Shown here piece after piece: positions 1 to 34,829 of a stretch of DNA of 64,000 nucleotides. This DNA comes from the human T2T-CHM13v2.0 reference genome, Homo sapiens: NCBI RefSeq assembly GCF_009914755.1, contig NC_060944.1; one strand, given 5' to 3'. Position 1 is the stretch's first letter. Every line of letters begins with the position of its first letter. The notes under the pieces are model-generated. The model was not told the origin of the DNA. It ran no database searches and was given only the letters and a program-made list of their open reading frames with translations. Both the position numbers and the translations under genes were made by a program.

Positions 1-2
1 TC

Positions 3-968
<966 letters not shown>

Positions 969-1153
969 TAGATACTTATCAACACTATAAAACTAGTGAT
1001 TCTTAGAATATATTTTGGGAAATGCAGCCTAGAAGCTTCTGAAGTGGGACTGTGTCTTGCTTACTGCTGAATGCGATGCTTCCTATACGTGCCAAGCTCC
1101 AAGTGGGACTGCTTGATTAAATCCAGGCCTTCAGCAGCTCTCCTGTCCTGCAG

Positions 1154-1301
1154 GCATTGAGCCTCCACGGGAGTCTTTCAACCGCTGGATGCTGGAGCGC
1201 AAGGTGGTAGACAAAGGATCTGACCCCCTGTTGCCCAGCAACTGTGAACCAGTCGTGTCACCTTCCATGTTTCGTGAAATCATGAACGACATTCCTATCA
1301 G
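1154..1301 (+). CDS. PCIF1: PCIF1 coding exon ([17 protein letters not shown]...NDIPIR)
   Basis: ctgcag|GC acceptor, AG|gtacag donor; overlaps ORF 1189..1374. Confidence 0.93.
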
Positions 1302-4300
1302 GTACAGCTCCACAGCTGGGGATGACCCTGGGCCATTTGGTTTCTGTGCCCAGTCATGTATAGAAGGCCTCTAACTCTGCCCACTCTGAAACGCAGGTTA
1401 TCCCGAATCAAGTTCCGGGAGGAAGCCAAGCGCCTGCTCTTTAAATATGCGGAGGCCGCCAGGCGGCTCATCGAGTCCAGGTTTGCCTGTCTTCTGCCCC
1501 AGGCGAGATGGGTCTGTGATTAAAGTGGCAGGTCATAGGCCATCTTGCCCAGTCTCATGCAGGGCTGTCATTGCTCTCGGTGGCAGAAGTGGGGCCAGCT
1601 CCCAAAGGCAGAACAAGGGCTGTGATGGAAGCTAGGGGTTGATACCCAGCGAGCCCATGGAATTGGGATGAGGAGGGTGGAGCCAAGCCATTCCTTTCTT
1701 CTGCCCTCCCCTTGACTGGCAGGAGTGCATCCCCTGACAGTAGGAAGGTGGTCAAATGGAATGTGGAAGACACCTTTAGCTGGCTTCGGAAGGACCACTC
1801 AGCCTCCAAGGAGGACTACATGGTGAGTGGGTCCCCGGGTGAGAAGGCCAGTTTTAGGGCTCTGTGGCCACTTCCTCCAGGAAGCCTACTCTGCCTGTCC
1901 AGGCTGGGCAAGGCCTCCCCCAGCGGCCTATTCTTGTGCAGTATGGCAGACGTTCGACATTCGTCAGTCCCCAAACTCATGACTGTGGAGATGTTTCTCT
2001 GGGCTCCTGGCTTTCTCCCACAGAACATTTCCATTAACAATCTTAATGGAGTCTTATGCTTGGCCACACACCACAGATAGCTGCCTTTCAGCCTAATGAA
2101 TGTTCAGCATCTCCCTTGTAGATTTTTGGAAACAGATTGACAGCCTGCTTTTTTTGGGTGTGTGTGTTCATATCATGGTTAAGAGCTACCATCAGATTCA
2201 ATTCCCTACTCTTAATGTGTCCAAAACAGTTCTGTTTTCTGGCCAAAACCTATCACTTCTTAAACCTCTCCACCAGCACTAGCAATGGGCTTTCTTTTCA
2301 GGACCATATTTCACAAGAGACAAGGTTTCGCACTTCACGATAGTAACTGTGTACTTGACACGTAGAGAGTGACAAAGGTAGGTGTACTCACTAGCCAGAG
2401 TGACTCATTCTCACTCTTCAGTTTTACACGTGTGATTCAGCAAAATTACAAATCCCGACAGTCATCTTTGCAAGTAGCTAAAAGCTCAAATCTCAAGTCT
2501 GCAGCAACCAAGCACCCTGTTTTGTAATTGTGTCTTTCCCCAATAGACTGCAAACACCATAAGCTGGGACTGTGCTGGTTTGTCTGTTTCTCCGGTAATT
2601 ATCATGGGATCTAGCAGTGTAACCCCAACAAAAGCTACTGGCATTTATTGTACACTTACTGTATGCCAGGCATTTGGCAAGCCCTTAAGGGAAATGATCA
2701 CATTTAATATTCAAACTGCCCTGTTAGGTATCTCGTGTCCCCTTGACACTTGAGGAATAAGATTGAGAGAAGCCAGGGGATTTGTCCAAGTGACACAGCT
2801 AGTCAGCAGCAGAGCTGGTTTCAAAACAAGGACTGCTGGACTCCAACAGCCCTGCGGTTACCTGCCAGCCCAGCTGAGCCCCTCTGGCCTCCACTAGCGC
2901 CCTGATCCAGAATGTGTCCTCTAGGATCGCCTGGAGCATCTGCGGAGGCAGTGTGGCCCCCACGTCTCGGCCGCAGCCAAGGACTCCGTGGAAGGCATCT
3001 GCAGTAAGATCTACCACATCTCCCTGGAGTACGTCAAACGGATCCGAGAGAAGCACCTTGCCATCCTCAAGGAAAACAACATCTCAGGTAGGGGAAAGGT
3101 GAAGGAGGAGCCAGCTGTGATGCCGTCAGCTCTATACCCTGATGGAAGGGACAAGTGAGACTGAGCCTCAAGGCCAGGGACTGGTTTGGGGCAGAACCTG
3201 CCTGTGTCCTTTGGCTGTACTTCTCTGGGAAACGGAGAAGTGATAAAGGGAGAGCCAGATGGTGGTGGTGAAGATAAGCTGGGAGTCGTAGTTAGGTGTA
3301 CCTGAATTTACATCCATTCTCTGCAAGCCTTACTTTCCCCAGACTGAAGTGTAGCACCTGGTGGTAGGATTGTGTGAGTACTCATAGGTAACTCAAGTAA
3401 ACCATGTGGCCCCAAAAGATCCCCAAATAAAGGATCGTCGCTATTACGATGACGGCGATGCAGTTCTCGTTCTTCTGCCTGGCAGCACAACCCACGGGCC
3501 TGAGCCTTCTTGCCTGACAGCCCAAGGCACGGCATACGGGGCCCTGCTTCGGTACTGAGTGTGTTGACACAGGCCACCAGTTTCTGCCCCGGCCAGTTGC
3601 CTGGCTGGTTTCTTTTTATGGCTTTTCATTCCCTTTCTACTGAACTGGGCCAGAGTATACTGATCTGTGGAATGGGACTTCCCTCTCTCGGTACAAAGCA
3701 TGTGGCCCACAGTGGCTGCAGCGTGAGAATGAGGAGTGTGGTCCCTCACTGCTCTCCCTGCCCACAGAGGAGGTGGAGGCCCCTGAGGTGGAGCCCCGCC
3801 TAGTGTACTGCTACCCAGTCCGGCTGGCTGTGTCTGCACCGCCCATGCCCAGCGTGGAGATGCACATGGAGAACAACGTGGTCTGCATCCGGTATAAGGG
3901 AGAGATGGTCAAGGTCAGCCGCAACTACTTCAGCAAGCTGGTAAGAGCTGTGGGGAGGAAGGCCCTAGCTGATGGCATGAGTCAGGGCCTAGGATCTTTC
4001 CTGAGCAGAGTCCCCAGCAGGAGGCCAGTGATGAGGACATGAGGGAGCACTGCTGAAGGCTCCTCCTCTCTGTCCCGCTCCACAGTGGCTCCTTTACCGC
4101 TACAGCTGCATTGATGACTCTGCCTTTGAGAGGTTCCTGCCCCGGGTCTGGTGTCTTCTCCGACGGTACCAGGTACAGGCCTGGGGCAGCAGGGAGGGCT
4201 CCCCAGGAGGGAACAGGGAGGGTGAGCCCCAGGTGCTGACGGTGGCCACTCCGCAGATGATGTTCGGCGTGGGCCTCTACGAGGGGACTGGCCTGCAGGG

Positions 4301-5808
4301 ATCGCTGCCTGTGCATGTCTTTGAGGCCCTCCACCGACTCTTTGGCGTCAGCTTCGAGTGCTTCGCCTCACCCCTCAACTGCTACTTCCGCCAGTACTGT
4401 TCTGCCTTCCCCGACACAGACGGCTACTTTGGCTCCCGCGGGTGAGGGCCAAGGGCTGCCCCTCTACCCAGGCCAGGGAAGAGGTCCTCCAGAGCACAGG
4501 GCCCGCCTCTGCTGGCTGTAGTGTCAGGCAGGCTTGGGTGGAGTCCCTGCCTCCACCTCTTACCGGCTATGTGACCTTGGACATGTTGCTTAACTTCTGG
4601 GAGCCTGAGCTTTTCTGGTTCTGTGGGCAGGCACGTGACACCCCTAAGCTGGCCTGTGGGTTTCTCAGTCAGTTCAGGGTGGAATAGGAACACGTGGTCC
4701 CAGGCCCTGAGAGGAGTGAGAAGTGGGGCCACAGACCTCAGAGGCCTTACAAACTAGGGGTTGAGGTGACCACAGATGAGAGAAGGTAATGCTGTCTCCA
4801 GAAGGAAGAATGGTCAGGACCTCCAGAGGTCCAGAGCTCAGCAGCTGGGGATCCTGGGTGTAGCTTCTGCTGTGGTGGTGGTGGGCTCAGAACTGGATTT
4901 GAATTCCAGCTTGGTGAACATGGGCATCCCAGCCTGAGCCTCACTCACTGTCCTCATTCATTCAGTGGAGACGGTCATGCCTTGTGCCCCAATGAATTAG
5001 GGTGAATGCTGGCTTCTGGACAGGCCATCTCTTCAGTGTGGCTGCCTAGGGTTGGGGGGTGGCACCTGTTTCTGGTTGAGGGACTGGGTCCTGATGGGAC
5101 TTAGAATGCTCACTCCTGTCCCCAGGCCCTGCCTAGACTTTGCTCCACTGAGTGGTTCATTTGAGGCCAACCCTCCCTTCTGCGAGGAGCTCATGGATGC
5201 CATGGTCTCTCACTTTGAGGTGGGTGCACTGCCAGGGTGAGAGGTGGGCAACAGGCAGGATTGCCAGCCACCTGGGAGGTAGTCCCTGACATCCACCCTG
5301 TGTCCCCTTCCACAGAGACTGCTTGAGAGCTCACCGGAGCCCCTGTCCTTCATCGTGTTCATCCCTGAGTGGCGGGAACCCCCAACACCAGCGCTCACCC
5401 GCATGGAGCAGAGCCGCTTCAAACGCCACCAGTTGATCCTGCCTGCCTTTGAGCATGAGTACCGCAGTGGCTCCCAGCACATCTGCAAGAAGTGGGTGCC
5501 AGGGAGGGCAGGGGAAGGAGGCTGGGCTGGCCAGGCCAGGCCCAGCCCCACCCTGAGCCATTGCCTTTGCCCGCAGGGAGGAAATGCACTACAAGGCCGT
5601 CCACAACACGGCTGTGCTCTTCCTACAGAACGACCCTGGCTTTGCCAAGTGGGCGCCGACGCCTGAACGGCTGCAGGAGCTGAGTGCTGCCTACCGGCAG
5701 TCAGGCCGCAGCCACAGCTCTGGTTCTTCCTCATCGTCCTCCTCGGAGGCCAAGGACCGGGACTCGGGCCGTGAGCAGGGTCCTAGCCGCGAGCCTCACC
5801 CCACTTAA
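1154..5808 (+). CDS. PCIF1: PCIF1 / CAPAM, cap-specific adenosine N6-methyltransferase (3' part, 10 coding exons, about codons 225-704; 5' exons lie before the window)
   Basis: Spliced GT-AG exons 1154-1301, 1397-1480, 1723-1822, 2925-3087, 3768-3940, 4086-4172, 4257-4441, 5126-5219, 5316-5491, 5577-5808 join in frame (1442 nt): [16 protein letters not shown]...FECFASPLN...GSFEANPPF...GPSREPHPT*. Confidence 0.97.
1397..1480 (+). CDS. PCIF1: PCIF1 coding exon ([28 protein letters not shown])
   Basis: acgcag| acceptor, CAG|gtttgc donor; phase consistent. Confidence 0.92.
1723..1822 (+). CDS. PCIF1: PCIF1 coding exon ([33 protein letters not shown])
   Basis: ggcag| acceptor, ATG|gtgagt donor; ORF 1712..2080. 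Confidence 0.93.
2925..3087 (+). CDS. PCIF1: PCIF1 coding exon ([30 protein letters not shown]...ENNIS)
   Basis: ctctag| acceptor, CAG|gtaggg donor. Confidence 0.92.
3768..3940 (+). CDS. PCIF1: PCIF1 coding exon ([16 protein letters not shown]...RNYFSKL)
   Basis: ccacag| acceptor, CTG|gtaaga donor; ORF 3773..4042. Confidence 0.93.
4086..4172 (+). CDS. PCIF1: PCIF1 coding exon ([29 protein letters not shown])
   Basis: cacag| acceptor, CAG|gtacag donor. Confidence 0.92.
4257..4441 (+). CDS. PCIF1: PCIF1 coding exon (MMFGVG...FECFASPLN...YFGSRG), methyltransferase domain
   Basis: ccgcag| acceptor, GG|gtgagg donor; ORF 4233..4445. Confidence 0.94.
5126..5219 (+). CDS. PCIF1: PCIF1 coding exon with catalytic NPPF motif (5169-5180)
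   Basis: cccag| acceptor, GAG|gtgggt donor; [31 protein letters not shown]. Confidence 0.95.
5316..5491 (+). CDS. PCIF1: PCIF1 coding exon ([19 protein letters not shown]...SQHICK)
   Basis: cacag| acceptor, AA|gtgggt donor. Confidence 0.93.
5577..5808 (+). CDS. PCIF1: PCIF1 last coding exon ([10 protein letters not shown]...EPHPT*)
   Basis: ccgcag| acceptor; TAA at 5806-5808; ORF 5584..5808. Confidence 0.94.
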
Positions 5809-6054
5809 CATATCCTGCGGGGAGGAGGAGCCCCAGGGGTGCTAGTCTGGACTGCTGGGACTCGGGCCCCTGGGGCCTCAGAGGGACCCCGGCTGCCACT
5901 GACATATGAAGATTATGGTTCTGCCAGGGCTCCCCTCCCTGCCTGTCCCCAAGTCCTCACCTCAAACTCCCTCCAAGTCCCATGTATATAGGTCCTGATG
6001 CCTTCCCAACCCCGCCCCTCACCCTGTTGCCACCTTGTTTCATTTGTAAAAGGA

Positions 6055-6060
6055 AATACA
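6055..6060 (+). terminator. Probable PCIF1 poly(A) signal, variant AATACA
   Basis: No AATAAA in the proximal 3'UTR; TGTA elements upstream (~5983, ~6045) and GU-rich tgtgtg/gtcttg downstream. Confidence 0.6.
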
Positions 6061-6734
6061 GAAACCCCCCCAAGAATGTGTGAGGGTCTTGAGGGCAGAG
6101 AAGGCTGAGGCAGCTGGAGCTACTTCTGGGACCACACTCCCCTCCCTCCCTCCAGCAGCTCCTTCTCATGGCCCCTGGGCCTTCACTCTCCCATCTGGGG
6201 TCCCACACAGCTGGGTCCCTGGTGGCCTCTGCCTGGGCTCAGGAGGTCCGAAGAGTCCAAGGCCCTGCATCCCCTATCTCCAAACTCCCCCAGCAGGGCC
6301 TGTATGGATACCCCTGGGGATCAGAGGACTGGGAGCTGTGCCTGTCCCCAACCCAAAAGCCAGACTCTTGCTGGCCCTGGATCCCCACAGTGAGCGAAGA
6401 GCTGGGTGTGCCTCACAGTCAAGGCTCAGGAGAGCAGCTTCAGAGGATCTGTAGGCACAGAGCGTGTGCTCCCTAGGGCCCAGGGAGGAAGCAGGTCTGA
6501 AGGTGCTTGCTGGGGCTCTCGCTGGTTCAGCCGTCTCTGAACCAGCCACCTCTCTCATTGCCAGGCCTCTGCAGCAAGGGTCTGCCCTGCTGGTGGATCA
6601 CCGGACTTAACAGGGGCAGGGCAGGACAGGGCACGCTGTGGAGCCAGGCAGCCTCCACCTCACAAGACCTGGCCTGGTACAGGCTACAGCAGCAAGCAGA
6701 CAAAGTAAGCTGTTCAGGACTGGACTCCGGTCCC

Positions 6735-6740
6735 TTTATT
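6735..6740 (-). terminator. ZNF335 poly(A) signal AATAAA
   Basis: tttatt on +, about 265 nt past the ZNF335 stop; U/GU-rich tttgtctgcttg follows on the - strand. Confidence 0.85.
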
Positions 6741-7005
6741 GAGACTGACAGGCCAGTGGGTCCACCCAAACAAAAATAAATTTCTCTCCCAAAGCCTGCC
6801 TGCAGGCTGGGGCACCCAGCATGTCCTGGCTGGGGCCCATGGCTGCCCCTAACCCCAACAGCACAGGTCTGGCTCCCTGGGAATGAGAGGATGCTGGCTA
6901 TCCAGTATCTGGAGATCCTAAATGAAGAGGGAGGTGAGTCCTGGTGGCCCCCTACCCCCAGGAGAGCTGGCCGCAAATCCATGATCTGTGTTGGGCCCTC
7001 GGGGC

Positions 7006-29517
<22,512 letters not shown>

Positions 29518-30183
29518 TCACTCTGAGAAGAGAGGTGACCGTGGCTGGAACAAGTGGGCCATCTCCCCAGCCCCGGCAACCACGGCCACCCATTTGCACC
29601 CCTGCGCCCATTTTGCAGATGCGAAGATTGAGTCTCCGACGGGGCGGAGCTTCCTGGTGTATTGCGAGGGGAGCTCGGGAAAAACTTGACGGAGAAGCTG
29701 TGCTTCCCAGGCTAAGGCCCTTCCCGGGAGGGTGGTCAATGGCTGGTAATCTTGACCCTTTCCCTCGCCCCCACGATTCTCGTGGAGCGTTCCGCTCTGT
29801 GAGCCCCATCCGGGCCCAGTGGTTCAGCCCTTCGGCCCCCGCGTCCCCCCGGGTTGCAGGGCCGGTGGTACAGCCCGCTGGCCCCCTGGGTCAGTGGTTC
29901 GCTCCCCCCCGGTTCCCCTGCGGAGGCGGCTGACAGCGACGGTCTCGGGGCCTGGCGATTTGGGGCTGTCCCCGGCGCTGCCTGTGCTCCAGGCCCGACG
30001 CCATCTTGTGGTGGCGCCGGGTTTCCGCTCAGGCAAGTGCGAGAGCGACTAAAGGGCCTGGGACCCCGGGGCCCTGTTCGGACAGCCCCGCCGGCCTGGG
30101 ACCTCGCCTCCGGGTATCCCCGCAGTGTGACCTCACTCCACGGCAGGGTACGGTGGGGCCGCCTAACTCTACCCGAAGCTCAC

Positions 30184-30270
30184 CCGAGGCTTTCGTAGCC
30201 ACGTTCCTCTCTGACTCCGGCATCGACGAGGTCGCCATCCTCTTTCCTCCGCTGCGGAGGAACCCATCGG
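30184..30270 (-). other. ZNF335: ZNF335 exon 1 (5'UTR; 5' end approximate)
   Basis: Donor CGG|gtgagc at 30184/30183 inside the CpG island, next to ETS motifs. Confidence 0.75.
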
Positions 30271-30890
30271 CCTATTGTAGGCCGGAACTACTTCCCCCGC
30301 TGGCCCCGGGAAAGACACATTTTCAGTGTTCCGGAAGGTCGCTCCGAGGCCTCAAAACCATAATCGGGTCTCAACAGACTCTGGGACTTTATACGTCGCC
30401 CGGTGTTTGGCACTGAGCCCACTATGGTTTGGGGACTACTTTATCTCGGCGGAGTGTTACGTAGGAAGTGGTTGTGACGTCATTCTGGTCCCTTCCCTAG
30501 GCCGCAGGGTTGGGCGCGGCGAATGCGCGCCCCGCTCTCTTGGGGCGTGGCTCCCAGTGGGGGGCGTGGCTCCCGGTGGCTTGGCCGCGCCCCTCCTACA
30601 ACAGCCCGGAAGAGCGTGTGGCCGCGGGCGACTTTGGCTTGGCCAAAGAGGAATTCATGTTGTCAGTCATTTTACCTGACTCATTACTTATTACTTAGCG
30701 CGCTGCTGCAACCCAATCGAGCTCTGCCCGTTAGGTTTGATGTGTTTTGTTGGGAAGGGAATGTATAATTATTGTACAGATAGGGAAACTGAGGTCTGGG
30801 TATGGGAAGGGCTGGTCCAAAATCACATCCAATAAAGGGACTCAGGAGCTAAGTACGGATGGCAGGAGTCGGGGAAATGGAAAGAAGTTA

Positions 30891-32130
<1,240 letters not shown>

Positions 32131-33415
32131 AGGACAAAGGGTGCTTTGAGCTGTTATTTGTGTGCACTTGTGTATGAGGGGATTCATCTGGTCCTTTTCT
32201 TAGGTAAAGTTTTCTTTCCTAGGTTTCCCTTTTGGGTTGAGGGAATGGAACAGGAGGCCTCTGGATAGGTTAGGACCCTCATCCCCTATCCCTTGCAACC
32301 AGCAGGACCAGGCCCCAGAGCAGCTCTGAAGAGCTAGGTCAGCACTGGCATGATGACATGTTGGTTTTACTATCTCCAGGCAGTTTTCCCGTGTGGACCC
32401 CATTCCTCAGCCCTACAGAAGCATCTGCCCCCTCATGCCAGTAGGGTAGTAGGGTGCATCCTACATCTGACCAAGTCACCTCTCCCAAGTTTGGGGTACT
32501 CCGAAGTAGCCCCACAGTACCCTCATTCCCTTCCCCACTAAGACTGAAGCCTCCTAGGAGGTAGAGTCTGCAGTGAACTATGAGTGCGCCACTGCACTCT
32601 GGCTTTGGTGAGAGAGTGAGACCCTGTCTATTAAAAAGAAAAAAAAAAGACTCAACCTTAATCCTGGCCTTTGCCACAGCATCACAAGATTGCAGAATGT
32701 CATGGTACAGATGAAACAGACTCATCATGAAACCGAAGAGGAGCCCAAGGCCCAGAGGGGGAAAGCTAACAGCCCAAGGTCTCGGCTCCTTGGAAACAAC
32801 ATACCAGAACCCTTCCATCACAAAGACAAGCAGGCAAATCCTTGTATTCTGCCTGTGAATCCAGGGTTTGTTCCTCCAGAGAGTGCAGTCTAGTTCTGGT
32901 CTCAGCTTTATTTTTTTGTTTTCTCTTTAAAATTTGTTTTATCTTTTAAAAAATTGTTTATAAAGATGGGGACTAGCTATTTTGCCCAGGCTGGTCTCGA
33001 ACTCCATGGCCCCAGCTTAGAGAGACTTATGGAAGCAGTGAAGGGGCTCTGGGTCAGAGGACATTAAAGTGGACCATTGAGAAAAATGTAGAAGAGCCAA
33101 GAGGGAAAGAGGAGGGAAGATGCCAGGCAGTGTGTGTGCTTTCTGAGTCATGTTTTGTTTTTTTTTTTAATTTGCTTCCACAGAGCTTTATTTCCATTTG
33201 GATCAAGGCTTGGAAGAAGGCTCCAGGGTAATTAAAAAGCTGCCTAGTGGCTGGAGGGAGAGGCTTAGGCAGAAGCCCTGATACTTTGGGAGGGGCCCTT
33301 AAGGCTCCCAGTCGTGCTTGAGGGTGGGTGAGCCTTTCCAAGAGAACCCCACCCAGGCCAGCCTGGGGGCCAGCCACCCTGGGAAGGTTGGTCAAGTGGT
33401 CGCCCATCTTGATGA

Positions 33416-34050
<635 letters not shown>

Positions 34051-34275
34051 TGAGGAGGCCTGCAGGTGCAAATTGAGCAGGTGGTTCACGGCTGCCTCCA
34101 CCTCAGTGGAATAATTCTGACGAATCTGGGAGCTCATGGGCTGGTAAGAAGGAGCTAACCACAAACAATGGTGTTGGCTGGACCCAGAAGCAGAAGGTGG
34201 CTAAAAAGATGGTCCCTGAGGTTGCAAGTGGAGAGGAGATTGATAGTGAGAGGCTGGAAGAGAGGAAGTCCCAGG

Positions 34276-34315
34276 ATCTCTTCCGTCCAAACACTGTTGA
34301 AGCAAGACACAGATC
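34276..34315 (-). promoter_or_regulatory. Iron-responsive element (IRE) hairpin in the FTL pseudogene 5'UTR
   Basis: Minus strand TCTTG-C-TTCAA-CAGTGT-TTGGA-CGGAA: CAGUGN loop (34296-34291), 5-bp upper stem, C bulge. Confidence 0.9.
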
Positions 34316-34492
34316 CGTGGGACTGCCAAATGTGACTCTGCTGAGGAGTCATGGTATCTTAAGGAAACAGGAGTTGTTAAATCATCTTCCACTGTAGAGA
34401 GGAGGCGGCTGAGGCTCAGAGAGGGGAAGAGACTTTTCCAAGGTCATGCAGCCAGGAGGATGGAGCTGGTATATGGAACCAGGTCTGCCTCA

Positions 34493-34815
<323 letters not shown>

Positions 34816-34829
34816 AAGAAATACCTTAA

